A stretch of DNA of 64,000 nt from Alphaproteobacteria bacterium. Its GTDB lineage: Bacteria > Pseudomonadota > Alphaproteobacteria > UBA828. A program made the translations under genes and the position numbers. The stretch is from positions 64,001 through 128,000 of the forward strand of contig CBDCCI010000002.1 of the NCBI GenBank assembly GCA_965214705.1, given 5' to 3'. The notes under the pieces were generated by a model. It searched no databases. It was not told where the DNA came from and saw only the letters and a program-made list of their open reading frames with translations. Shown piece after piece: positions 43,796-54,958 of the stretch; the first letter of the stretch is position 1; every line of letters begins with the position of its first letter.

Positions 43796-45297
43796 TCTTC
43801 GCTGTCCTCCTCCTCGCCCTCGCCCGCCAGCCCGTCGTAATCCGTCAGGTCGTGGTCGCGGACGGCGATGTCGCGGACCTTCGGATCGTCGGGCAGATCG
43901 ACCGGGATGGGCGGCGGCTTGTCCTGCTGTTCGCGGCGCCTCGTCAGGCTCAGGCGCACGGCGTTGGGATGGGGGACGCCGCGCTTGAGCGCCTCGTCGA
44001 TGCCGGCCTCGAGCTCGGCGGCGCCATACTCGTCGAGGAGGCGCAAGAGGGCGGCGACGATGGAGCCGAGATGGCCGCCGCGTTTGGCGGCCTCGTCGAG
44101 CAGGCGCTCGCTGTTCGGCGCAGCCTTGATCAGACGATCCTGCCCGCGAAGGCGCCGGGCGTGACGCTTTTTCTTGGCCAACTCGGCGATGTGCTCGGGG
44201 ATCTCGATGCAGGCGCCCTTGTCGAAGCTGCGCGGATGGGTGGCAATGACGTCCGTGCCGTCGAGGATGCGGACCTCGTCCAGCGTCGCGATCACGACAA
44301 GGGTGTGCCGCGCATGGGTGTGGGGGACGCTGTAGTCGTTGAGATCGAACCGGGCGTAAGGCGTCTTGCCGATGACGACCTCGACCCGTTCGTCGACGGG
44401 GAAGCGGTCGCCGGGCAAGGCCATGAGAGAGCTGCGTTCCTTCTCGAAGGCCTCGCGCACGGTGATGGAGCGATCCTCGGGCCAGGGGCGGTCGGCGGCG
44501 ATGCCCTCGCACCAGGCCTCGGCCTGGGCGTTGAGGTCGTCGATGTCGCGCCACTCCCGGGCGGCGAAGAAGCTGGCGCGTACATAGCGTATGGCCCGCT
44601 CGACGCGCCCTTTTTCGTTGCCGCGCGCGATCGCGACAGGCCGTGCCAGCACGCGGTAGTGGGCGGCGAAGTCGAGGTACCGGGGATTGAAGTGGACAGC
44701 GCTCCCGCGGCGCTCGAGCACGACGCTCTTCAGGTTGTCGCACCAGATCTCGCGCGGCACCCCCTGCCAGGCCTCGAAGGCGTCGATATGGCCGCGCAGG
44801 AAGTTGTTCATCCCTGCGCCCAGGTAGAAGCGCAGGAAGATGCGGCGCGAGTAGCTGAGCACCATCACGAAGCCCATCAACGGGCGCTCCGCGCGCCCGA
44901 TCCTGACCTTGCCGAAGTGGGCCCAATCGACCTGGGCCTGCTCGCCGGGAAGGGTCTTCAGCCGCAGATAGGCCTCGGCTTCAGGCTTCGGCCGCAGGGA
45001 GGCGATCACACGACGGAAGTGGCTCTGGCTCCCCCGGTAGCCGCGCCCGCACACCATCTCGTAGAGCCGGCTGGCCGGCAGCGTCGGGTATTTCTTCAGT
45101 GTCTGGCGGATGAAGGGGATGAAGGGATCGAGCTTCGAGGGCCGCGGCTTGTGCTGCCGAGGCTCCTCGGCGTCCCTGATCGCGCGCCGCACGGTGCCGT
45201 GATGGACGCCGAGCTGACGCGCGATCGTGCCGATCTTCCACTTCTCGGCGTGATACAGCCGCAGGATCTCCGCTCTCGTCTCCTTGTCTGTGGTCAT
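43792..45297 (-). CDS. istA: IstA transposase
   Basis: N-terminal HTH, PGEQAQVDW, DNLKS, EKGRVERAIRYVR. Confidence 0.95.
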   Translation of the reverse strand: MTTDKETRAEILRLYHAEKWKIGTIARQLGVHHGTVRRAIRDAEEPRQHKPRPSKLDPFIPFIRQTLKKYPTLPASRLYEMVCGRGYRGSQSHFRRVIASLRPKPEAEAYLRLKTLPGEQAQVDWAHFGKVRIGRAERPLMGFVMVLSYSRRIFLRFYLGAGMNNFLRGHIDAFEAWQGVPREIWCDNLKSVVLERRGSAVHFNPRYLDFAAHYRVLARPVAIARGNEKGRVERAIRYVRASFFAAREWRDIDDLNAQAEAWCEGIAADRPWPEDRSITVREAFEKERSSLMALPGDRFPVDERVEVVIGKTPYARFDLNDYSVPHTHARHTLVVIATLDEVRILDGTDVIATHPRSFDKGACIEIPEHIAELAKKKRHARRLRGQDRLIKAAPNSERLLDEAAKRGGHLGSIVAALLRLLDEYGAAELEAGIDEALKRGVPHPNAVRLSLTRRREQQDKPPPIPVDLPDDPKVRDIAVRDHDLTDYDGLAGEGEEEDSEE

Positions 45298-45298
45298 C

Positions 45299-45745
45299 TC
45301 ACCCCTCTCGTGCCGGGTGGCGCACCGTGCGCAGGCCCGGATGAACGAACACCGCGCAGAAGCGGCCGCAGATGCTGCAGCGGAAGCCCCCGGCGGGCTC
45401 CTCGTCCCCGAAGGGGCGTGTTCCGCGGCGCGTCCCTGGCGTCCGTGGCACGACAACACGGCGGTGCGCGCGCGTCGAAGGGTGATGCGTCACTTTCCGC
45501 CCGCAGCCCTCATCCTGAAGCGCCCTGCAGCGCTGCCGGTCCCGATAGCGTCTCTGGCGCTCCGCGTGCTTGCGGCGCCCCGGGCGCCCGTCCTGGTAGC
45601 GCCGCCCGGCGAGACGCTGCGACTCTCGGCGCGCGCTCTCGCTGCACTCCCTGGAGCAGTAGTGATTGCCGCGGTCGCAGCGGGGGCAGAGAACAACCTG
45701 CCGATGACACTGCGGGCAGTTGAAGATGCGGCCGAAGTTCCTCAT
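45299..45745 (-). CDS. Cys-rich, Arg-rich hypothetical protein upstream of istA
   Basis: CPQC..CPRCDRG..YCSREC and CSICGRFC; stop 1 bp before the istA ATG. Confidence 0.7.
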   Translation of the reverse strand: MRNFGRIFNCPQCHRQVVLCPRCDRGNHYCSRECSESARRESQRLAGRRYQDGRPGRRKHAERQRRYRDRQRCRALQDEGCGRKVTHHPSTRAHRRVVVPRTPGTRRGTRPFGDEEPAGGFRCSICGRFCAVFVHPGLRTVRHPAREG

Positions 45746-48241
45746 CGCGGCGGTCGATGAGAACGGGCTCGACCCCCGCAGAATCCAGCACAATACTGTG
45801 CATCTGGGCCGTGTCTGGCATGGCTCGGGGGTGCGGCGTCGGCTGTTGCGATCAGGCAAACGGGGCCGGCGCCGCATCGTTCTCAGCGGCCCGAGTCTAC
45901 CCCCGGCGATCTCGATGTCAGGTGCGCAACGCTGCCGACGGCAAGCCCGCCGGACCTCAAAATCGGCAGGTCGCCTGGCCCAGCTTCCACACGACCGGCC
46001 GAAGGCCTGTGGACAAGTGGACAGCCGCTCCGCGCCTGACCACTTCCCCACAGGCCCAACAGCAACAAGCGCTCAAATCAGTGCGGACAAAAAACCCGTC
46101 AACTACATCGCCACCAAAATCACGCGCCCTAAATGAGCGAATACGCGCGGGTCTAGACGGTCACCAACATATGTCTGCGAGCTCCTCTTCCGTCGCGAGG
46201 ATCGCCCGGTCGCGTAAACGGAATCTTCCGGGTCTTACGCCTCCTCCGCTGGTGCGTTCCGAGTCAGACCTGACATGGCGAGCGCCGCCGAGAGGGCCAC
46301 GACCAGTCCCGGTGCTGTCATTCTCCACATCGCCACCCTGCCTCCCGGCGTGTGGCTCCGCCCGCCGGCCGCTTGACGCTGCAACGCGAGCAGTTGCCCG
46401 ATGGCTGGCTTGCTTTCGAGGCCGTCCATCAGCCGCACGACTTGTTCGGCACTACGCCGCGAGAAGCCGTCGTCCACGGCGACCAGTCAAGTGTGGAACG
46501 AATATATATTCAATTGTAATATAAATAAATTATAGTTATGATACAGAAGTTGGGATCGCCAACGTGTCGCGGTGCGGGCGAATCGACCCCTTGACGCTCA
46601 ATTTTGGAGGCGATGCCGGGCAGGCTCGGCCATGAAGCCGCCGCAGCACAGAGGGAGGCGGCAGATGTCACTCAGAAGCCTCGTGTTGTTGGCGGGCGCG
46701 GCAGTGCTCGGGCTGCACATGCTCGCGGCGCAGGCCTCGGCTAGTCAGCGCGTGGCGCTGGTGATCGACAATGCGTCCTATGCCCACGCGCTGAGCCTGG
46801 CGAACCCACTCAACGACGCGAACGACATGGATGCAGCCCTGGAGAGCCTCGGCTTCGCCGTCACGCGCATGGATAACACTGACCAGATGGAACTGCGCCG
46901 AGGCTTGCAGCAGTTCTCGCTCGCGGCGTCGGCGTCAGAGATGGCGGTGGTGTTCTACGCCGGCCACGGCATCGAGGTGGACAAGCGAAACTTTTTGATT
47001 CCCGTGGACGCGGGTCTGCTCAGCGATGCCGACGTGGAGTTCGAGGCTGTGCCACTCGATCTGCTCTCGCGGGCGGTGGAGCTGGCCAAGGGGCTTCGCT
47101 TGATCGTCCTCGATGCGTGCCGCGACAACCCCTTCGTGGTGGCGATGCAGCGTTCGGGCGCGACGCGCTTGATCGGCCGAGGTCTTGCGAGCGTCGAGCC
47201 CTCCGGTGAGACGCTGGTGGCCTATGCGGCGAAGGAGGAGACGGTCGCGGCCGACGGCGAAGGCCGCAGCCCCTACACCTCCGCTTTGCTCGCCCACTTA
47301 GAGGAGCCGGGGCTCGAGGTGGGCCTGATGTTCCGCAAGGTGCGGGACGTCGTGCTGGCGGCGACCGGCGGGCGTCAGGAGCCCTTCGTCTACGGCTCGC
47401 TCTCGAGTGAGGGGGCGTATCTCGCCGCGCTGCCGGATCCCGAGCCTGAACCGACACCAGCGCCCGAGACGGTGACGGTGACGGTGAAGGGCGGAGAGGA
47501 TACGAAGACCCCGGACCCGGATCAGGTCGTGGAGCGGCGCATCGCGGCGGAGAAGGAACTGCTGTTCTGGGAATCGAAAAAGGACAGCCAGAACCCGCAA
47601 GAGCTTCAGGCCTATCTCGACCGCTACCCGGAGAGTACGTACGCCGTCCTGGCGCGCAGTCGACTGAACAAATTAGACGAGCCGGAGGTGACACCGGACG
47701 TTCAAGTGGTAGCGGTCACCCCCGACGAGCCGGAACGCGCGGTATCGCCCGAGCCCCCGGCGCTCTCGCCAAAGGAGGTAGAGGCGTCGTTTGGCCTGGA
47801 GCGTTCGGAGCGGCGACAGATCCAGATGGGCTTGGCCTCGCTCGGCTTCGATCCCGGCCCACCGGATGGCCTGTTCGGCCGGCGCACACGCAACGCGTTG
47901 TCTAGCTGGCAGTCCTCTCACAATTTGGCGACAACGGGCTATCTGGGGGCCGAAACGGCCAAGGTGCTGATGGAGGCGGCGCCCACGACCAGCCTGACCG
48001 TTCGGACGGTCCCGCCGAATGCCAAGGTTCGTGTGTTTACGCGGTCGGGCTCCACATACCAAGATGCGATGGCCATTCAACCCGGAAAATACGAAATCGA
48101 GGTGAACGCGCAAGGTTACGATTCTTTTCGGAGGCTGCTGCCGATTGACGGCATCACGATCTACGAGGTTTCACTATGTGAACTAGAGAAAAAGTTTGAA
48201 CGAATTTGCAAAGACAGACCCACAACCCGGACAAAATCTAT

Positions 48242-49267
48242 CCTGCTTATCCCTGATTCTCATCCTGCGACGAGGATGCGATAAGGCATCGGGTTGGTTC
48301 GTGCGGCGCTGTGGACGAAGCGCGGGATCATGGTCTTGAGGTGGTAGCGCCGGTTGTAGCGCCAGGCGAAGCTGGCGAGGTAGCGCTCGGCATGGTCGGG
48401 GCCGAGCTTGCGGTAGGTTCCGGTGACCGCGCTCTTGATGTTGCCGAGCGTCGTGTTGACCCATTTGAACGAGGCCACGCGGGCCGCCTTGGGGCCTGCG
48501 CCGGTGCGGATCGCCCGATGGCTGCAAGCACCCTCGTCGAGCGCGCTCCAGCAGCCGAGGCCGTCCGTCACGACCTCCGATCCGGGAGCCAGCCAGCGCG
48601 GGGCGCCGCGCGCGATCTCTCGCTTGCGGAAGCCTTTGACCGGGACCAGCTTCAGCTTGCGCGGGCGCCCCTCGGGGCCGGTCGAGACTGCGGCGACGAA
48701 GGGCGTCTTGCCGGCCGCACCCCGGCCCCGCTTGCCGCCGGAACGCCTGCCGCCGAGATAGGCGTCGTCCATCTCCACCCGGCCCGAGAGCCGCGTCTCC
48801 CCCTCGCGCCGCGCCATCACTGCCATGATCTTGTGCTTCATGGCCCAGGCCGTCGGCTGCTTGACCCCGAGCCGGCGGCCGAGTTCCACCGACGAGACGC
48901 CGTTCTTCGCCGTCACGATCAGGTGGATGGCCGCGAACCACAGTGTCAGCGGCAGCTTGGTCGAATGGAAGATGGTGCCCGCCGTGGGCGAGGTCTGCCT
49001 CTTGCAGCGGTTGCACTGGTAGAGCCCCCGGCCCGCCAGCAGGCAATGCCCGCGATGGCCGCAGGAGGGACAGACGAAGCCGTCGGGCCAGCGCAGCCGG
49101 ACCAGCGCCGCGAGGCACTGCTCCTCTCTGCCGAAGGCCTTGCGAAAGGCCTCGTCGCTCATCCCGCGCACCCGCGATGCCACTTTGAACGCCATATCCG
49201 TGACCTCCGCATCAGGAACATATTGAGAACATACACGCTGTCCGGCGGAGTGTCACGGATAAGCAGG
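48242..49267 (-). mobile_element. IS1595-family insertion sequence
   Basis: IR CCTGCTTATCC; 8-bp TSD AAATCTAT at 48234-48241 and 49268-49275. Confidence 0.95.
48260..49195 (-). CDS. IS1595-family transposase
   Basis: RWPDGFVCPSC zinc ribbon, VEMDDAYLGG, TDG, FAWRYNRR. Confidence 0.95.
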   Translation of the reverse strand: MAFKVASRVRGMSDEAFRKAFGREEQCLAALVRLRWPDGFVCPSCGHRGHCLLAGRGLYQCNRCKRQTSPTAGTIFHSTKLPLTLWFAAIHLIVTAKNGVSSVELGRRLGVKQPTAWAMKHKIMAVMARREGETRLSGRVEMDDAYLGGRRSGGKRGRGAAGKTPFVAAVSTGPEGRPRKLKLVPVKGFRKREIARGAPRWLAPGSEVVTDGLGCWSALDEGACSHRAIRTGAGPKAARVASFKWVNTTLGNIKSAVTGTYRKLGPDHAERYLASFAWRYNRRYHLKTMIPRFVHSAARTNPMPYRILVAG

Positions 49268-49774
49268 AAATCTATTGATAAAACAGTCTCTGGTCGGGGC
49301 GAAGATCGGTATTCTGATTTGTTAGACTACTTTAAAAAATTATAATTTTAAAGATAGTGTTACGAAACGATCTAAGGGATGGATTGTTCAGCAGTTATGA
49401 ACAGGATTTATGGGATGAACTTTGCGAAAGTTCTCACTTCGATTCCGATTTTATCGGTTCTCTTAACTGTAATAATTATTATATCCGAACTTTTGATCCG
49501 CGAAATTTAACCTCATATATATGAGAACTCAAACTTATGCAGAGAAAGTGTCAATCACTGGACTTTAATGGGCTTGGATCTCCCTATTCGAACAAACCTT
49601 TTGTTGCCGTTGTATCTGGAACATGTAGAGTGAAAGAGAATATCACTGAAATGGTGAAGGGATGCAATAGCGAGACTCGAACGGTACCTTCCTGCCCCAA
49701 AGAGACTGTGAAGAGACTCTAGTAATATACCAATCGGCCGCCGAGTTGTCGCCGAGCATTAGAGGACGTAAGAA

Positions 49775-51440
49775 ATGTCAATTCCTAGATTTACGCTCAT
49801 CATGGCAGCAGGACTTATATTGCTGACTGTGTCGGTGGTACCGGCGGTTGCTGCCGGTCATCGTGTGGCGCTGGTGATCGGCAATGCGTCCTATGCGTAT
49901 GCGTCGACACTGGCGAACCCGGTGAACGATGCGAGTGATGTCGGCGCAGCGCTGGAGCGCCTCGGCTTCGACGTCACCCGCATCGAGAATACCGACGGCG
50001 GCGCGTTACGGCGGGGGCTGCACGAGTTCAAGCGGGCGTCGTCGGTGTCCGATGTGGCGGTGGTGTTCTACGCCGGCCAGGGCATTGAGGTGGACAAGCG
50101 CAACTTCCTGATCCCCGTCGATGCGCGCCTTCTGAGCGATGCTGACGTGGAGTTCGAGGCGGTGCCGCTCGACCTGCTCTCCCGCGCCGTGGAGCGGGCC
50201 AAGGGGCTTCGCCTGATCGTCCTGGATGCCTGCCGCGACAACCCGTTCGCGGTGGCGATGCAGCGTTCGGGCGCGACGCGCTCGATCGGGCGAGGCTTGG
50301 CGAGCGTCGAGCCGTCGGGCGAGACATTGGTAGCCTACGCGGTGAAGGAGGGCACGGTTGCGGCGGACGGCGAGGGCCGCAACAGCCCTTACACCTGCGC
50401 TTTGCTCGCCCACCTGGAGGAGCTGGGTCTTGAGGTGGGCCTGATGTTCCGCAAGGTGCGGGACGCTGTATTGGCGTCCACCGGCGGGCGTCAGGAGCCC
50501 TTCGTCTACGGTTCGCTATCGAGCGAGGGGGCGTACCTCGCGACACGGCCGGAGCCTGAGCCTGAACCGATACCGGCGCCCGAGACGGTGACGGGTGGAG
50601 AGGACCCGAAGACGCCAGACCCAAACCAAGTCGTGGAACGGCGCATCGCGGCGGAGAAGGAACTGCTCTTCTGGGAGTCCGTCAAGGACAGCACCCATGC
50701 GTCCGACTTCGAGGCCTACCTGGAACAGTTCCCCGGCGGCACGTACGAGGCCCTCGCGCGGATCCGAATTGCGCGGCTCACCGACAATCCGCAAGACGAG
50801 AAACCTTCAGTCCAGGTGTCGGTCACTCCTGACGAGCCTGAGCAGGAAGTATCACCGGAGCCCTTGGCGCCTACGCCAGATTCCATCGAAGCCGAGCCGA
50901 GTCTGAGTCGAGAGAAACGTCGACGCGTTCAGCAGGGTCTCGCCATTCTAGGCTTCGATCCGGGCCCGGCCGATGGGCTGTTCGGCCAAGGCACGCGGGG
51001 CGCAATCTCTCGATGGCAGGCGTCACGGGGGGCGGCGGCAACGGGCTACCGTGACGCCGACGCTGCCAGGACGCTGCTGGCAGAGGGGGAGACGGTACTC
51101 AAGCCGTTCGGCCCCGACTGGATTATCGCGGAGCACCAGCCATGCCAGCTATGGGACTCCAGCGGCGTGTCAGTCGATGAAGTCGTGACGTGGTCCGGTG
51201 CCTGCCTCAATGGAAAGGCATCCGGTCAGGGACGCGCGGTTTGGCGGACGCCTGGTGGGGTATATGTGTCCGAAGGCAGTTTTCTCGAAGGTTAAGAGTA
51301 CGAGAACGGCGCCTACATTTGGCCCGACGGTAACCGCTACGAAGGCGCGTATCGCAACGGTAAGCTGCACGGCTGAGGGGTCTTCACGACAGCGTCTAGA
51401 AATCGCTATCAGGGAAATTGGAATAGCAAGTATTTTTCGG
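49775..51440 (+). pseudogene. Second caspase-domain paralog with PG-binding domain and MORN repeats containing stops
   Basis: Closely similar core to 46665; YAGQG replaces YAGHG; WPDGNRYEG MORN unit lies after TAA at 51293-51295. Confidence 0.8.
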
Positions 51441-51814
51441 AGCCAGACGGCAGACGAGCATGGATCGCAACGACGAAAAAGGCCTGCGGTTTCGAATGAT
51501 TCAGAACGGAAGTGACGAAGGTCGTCAGCAAGTTCAGTCGCGATCCCGCTGGGCCGCCATCCACGACACGAAGTGCTCAATTCTCGCCCGGAGTGCAGAT
51601 TACTCTAGTAATGATTCCCGGAAGACACTGGATCTCACGCCACCGGAACCACCGACTACGCGCCAGCCTTGTCGAAAACGTTTCCGATCCAATTTCGGCA
51701 CTTACCGTCCACTATCCCGTCTTAGCACAACGATCATCAATCCTCATCCATCGCCCTTAGACCGGTTGCGCCGACAAGCTACGCTTCAATTGTATTCAAG
51801 CTGCACCCCTGCTA

Positions 51815-52261
51815 TTGCGGGAAGCTGTATCCCTATGGAATACCGATCCTAACGCTAATGTACTTACCCGCCGTACGGAAGCAGAAATAAATGAGAGAGC
51901 AATGACGGAAATATGCAAAATTGAGACCGGGCATGCGGACAAGCGGTATTCCATCCTGATTTCAGTCAGAAAACAAGAAAATAACGTAGTATCAATCCAT
52001 GTGAATATTTGTGACAAAAAATTTACCGCATTTCGCGTTCCGATGACCGAAAGCAGCATTAGTGTTCCTCTGTCTATCCGATTGACCTCCTTTGAATCGT
52101 GCATATTAGGATGTGTAACTGGGGCCGTAATAGGAGATGTTTGTGAGTGTCGAAGAGGGTCAAAAAACGCAGATGATGTTATCGACTGCTTGGAACGCAA
52201 GGGGTACAAGTTAATGGATAGTGTAACGACGTGTCTTGATGGTTGTCTTGCGGCGACTTAG
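51815..52261 (+). CDS. AT-rich Cys-containing hypothetical protein
   Basis: 148-aa ORF in a low-GC patch; start uncertain. Confidence 0.4.
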   Translation: MREAVSLWNTDPNANVLTRRTEAEINERAMTEICKIETGHADKRYSILISVRKQENNVVSIHVNICDKKFTAFRVPMTESSISVPLSIRLTSFESCILGCVTGAVIGDVCECRRGSKNADDVIDCLERKGYKLMDSVTTCLDGCLAAT

Positions 52262-52347
52262 GCTGTTGATAGGCACATGCGTTTGGTGCCGATCGGCGCG
52301 GTAACCCTTTGATCTCGCCGGATTGCGAGGGGTCAGAAATGCGCGCT

Positions 52348-53150
52348 CTCTTGAGTAACAGCTGCCTAAGAGACTGTCGGCATTGGGTTTTGTTTTCCCT
52401 CTCCTTGCGTTTTCGGGATGAGTTGGAATCCTAGTTTTTGGGCTTGGCGGTCGAGATGAGCAAATCTCCTGTCGAGGCGTCGCTTCTCGTAGGCGTCGAT
52501 GCCCTGCTCGACGTATTCCTGGCCTTCGGTCGCCATGAGGTAGATCAGGCAGGCGAGTTCGCGGGCGGTCGCCTTGATCGCAACGGGGGTGTCCATTCGG
52601 GCGAGCCTTGCGCAGGGCCTGCCCGAAGGGGTTGACTGCTTTCGGGGACTTGCCGGGGAGGTTCTTGTCGCCGCTGAGCCCGGCGGGTTCGGTCCGCCCC
52701 ACGGCTGGTCATTGCGCACAAGAGCGCACATGTAGCCCGTCTGGGTCTTGCCTCGGCCAGGGTCGAGAACGCGAACCGGGGTCTCGTCCAGCCGCGAGGT
52801 CTGGGACGAGGACGGCGCTATCGACCCACCGGGCGAGGCCATCCGCATCATTGTGAAGGGCGCCAACGTTGACGGAACCCCGCTCGCCGACGAGCGGGAA
52901 GCGCTGATGTGGAGCCCCGTCAACTGCTTCCATCCGCAGATGACCCGCCTCGACCGCGCTGTCGATCGCATCACCCCGGAGATGCGCGACCTGGAGAAGG
53001 CCCAGGACGACACCGAGGTGAAGGCGTGGGAGTTGGAGACCATGACGGACACGGCGCGGAACCTCGGCGACCGCGCGACGCCTTCGAGACCATGCACGAT
53101 ACTGCTGCCGAGGCCTACCGCGTGCATACCGGCGACGTCTGGCCCGGGAC
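52348..53150. pseudogene. Mosaic debris: IS110 3' end, IS66 tnpC fragment, DUF2493-like fragment
   Basis: AIKATARELACLIY...KLGFQL (minus); LDETPVRVLDPGRGKT (minus); EREALMW..VNCFH...AWELE (plus). Confidence 0.6.
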
Positions 53151-53756
53151 CATGACGCTAGGCGCCTGGCGGGGGAGGATCAGGCCCCGTCGAGTGTTGG
53201 GGGCCCGGCTTGCAACTCCTCGCGCCGGTTCCGTGGGGTTGGAAGCCCAAAGCCCAAAGGCGCGGGCAGCGTCTGCAGTTGCCCAGCCACCAGGCCGCGC
53301 AGCGCCATCAACGCGCTGTCGCTCTTCAGCCGCTCGCGCACCGCGCTCATGGTGGCCGCGCAGCCGGCGAGCCGCTCGGGGATCAGGCCGATGACGCGGG
53401 CAAGAGCATTGTGGACGAGACCACCCGCCGGCGCAGCCAACGCAGGGCGCCGGGAAGCTCGATGGCGTCATCGTCCGAGGGACAGCGCACCTCGTTCGCC
53501 GCATCCTCCTGGCTCTTCGCGCTCTCGGCCGCGACGACAACCGCCTCCAGATCGTCGAGCGTGCCCGGCAGCCGCGCCGCCAGGCAGTCGGCCAGAAGGC
53601 TGATCGTCGTATGGCTCTCGCGGCAATACCAGCGAGGAACCCTCGCGCCGGGCAGGGTCTTCCGCGCGTAGGTGCCGTGGCTTGCCACGGAACATCCGCC
53701 GTGCGGGTGATTCGGGCAGCGCTCAAGCCTTGCGTCGCGCCACGCCTCGGCCCTAA

Positions 53757-54958
53757 GGAAGGTCTGATCAAGTCGGGTGTGCCATGATTTTCGTAGGAGT
53801 CGCAGATTGGATGATCGGGCCATGGCACAGGCAAGCTTTGCGGAACTGGAGCACGACTTGAAGAAGCGCCGGACGCGGCGCGAGTTGTTCCTTGAGAAGA
53901 TGGACAAGCTGGTTCCCTGGGAGCGGCTGGAGCGACGGATCGAGCCGTTCTATCCGAAGGCGGGGCGCGGTCGGCGCCCTTACCCGCTTGGGGTGATGCT
54001 GCGGGTTCACTGCGTGCAGTTGTTCTACAACCTGAGCGACCCTGGGATGGAGGACCTGCTCTACGAGGTGGAGTCGGTGAGGCGTTTCGTGGGGCTGCGC
54101 CTGACGGAGGCGCTGCCCGACGAGACCACCATCCTGAACTTCCGGCATCTGCTGGAGAGGCACGATCTGGGCGCGGGTCTGTTCGAGGAGGTCAATGCGC
54201 ACCTGGCGTCGCGCGGCCATTGGCTGCGCACGGGGACGATCGTTGACGCGAGCATCATCGAGGCGCCGTCGTCGACGAAGAACCGGCGCCGCGCACGGGA
54301 CCCTGAGATGCGTCAGACGAGGAAGGGCAAGCAGTGGTATTTCGGGATGAAGGCGCACATCGGGGTGGACGCCGGGTCGGGTCTAGCACACAGCGTGGTG
54401 ACGACGGCGGCCAACGCAAGCGACGTGACGCAGGCGGGAGCGCTGCTGCATGGCGCCGAGGTGACGGCGTGGGGCGACGCAGGCTACCAGGGGGTGGAGA
54501 AGCGTCCTGAGCACCGGGATGGCAGTGTCGAGTGGCGTGTGGCGATGAAGCCGGGGCGGCGCCGGCTGCTGGCCGGGGGTGGCGCCGAAGCGGCGGCGGA
54601 GACGCGCAAGGCGTCGGTGCGGGCGAAGGTGGAGCATCCGTTCCTGTACGTGAAGCGGCACTTCGGCTACGCCAAGGTGCGCTACCGGGGCGTGGCGAAG
54701 AACAGGCAGCGCATCGCGTTGCTACTGGGGTTCTCGAACCTGCTGATCGCCGGCCGCTACGCGACGCAATGACAGGGGAGCAGGTTGCCCGCCGCCGGCG
54801 GGACGACGGGGAATGCGGCGGATCGACGCGGATATCGCCCGTTCGCTCCGTATCCCGCGACAAAAGCAGCCCCCGGCCTGCCGGCAATATCGTCGAGCTT
54901 CAAATCCAAGCCCCCTCTCCCCCTCGAAGCCGCCAAGATGGGGTTGTTCAGACTTTCC
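53757..54958 (+). mobile_element. IS5-family insertion sequence
   Basis: IRs GGAAGGTCTGATCAA / GGAAAGTCTGAACAA; 4-bp TSD CTAA. Confidence 0.95.
53822..54772 (+). CDS. IS5-family transposase
   Basis: PDETTILNFRHLLE, VDASII, FGMKAHIGVD, GDAGY, RAKVEHPF. Confidence 0.96.
   Translation: MAQASFAELEHDLKKRRTRRELFLEKMDKLVPWERLERRIEPFYPKAGRGRRPYPLGVMLRVHCVQLFYNLSDPGMEDLLYEVESVRRFVGLRLTEALPDETTILNFRHLLERHDLGAGLFEEVNAHLASRGHWLRTGTIVDASIIEAPSSTKNRRRARDPEMRQTRKGKQWYFGMKAHIGVDAGSGLAHSVVTTAANASDVTQAGALLHGAEVTAWGDAGYQGVEKRPEHRDGSVEWRVAMKPGRRRLLAGGGAEAAAETRKASVRAKVEHPFLYVKRHFGYAKVRYRGVAKNRQRIALLLGFSNLLIAGRYATQ

Larger units (their letters stand above)
41887..46169 (-). mobile_element. IS21-family transposon with two extra genes
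   Basis: 39-bp IRs TGTTGG...CGCGCGTATTCGCTCATTT (inner 19 bp perfect); 6-bp TSD TATGTC at 41881-41886 and 46170-46175. Confidence 0.93.
41440..46330 (-). pseudogene. Papain-like C1 peptidase gene, degenerate and split by the IS21-family transposon
   Basis: Rejoined junction EEELADI|PRTPLFRAYLPPSVDLSGRFP; GHAVTVVGY and NSWG motifs; signal peptide near 46330. Confidence 0.75.
46665..49347 (+). pseudogene. Caspase (peptidase C14) domain protein with PG-binding and PEGA-like domains, interrupted by IS1595
   Basis: RVALVI, LANPLNDA, FYAGHG, DACRDNP, QEP; LGFDPGPPDGLFG; frame resumes after the IS. Confidence 0.85.

Noticed and set aside
43001-44926. 641-aa ORF as an extended IstB
   Set aside because: The N-terminal part is an alternative frame over istA; the real start is the ATGA overlap at 43795
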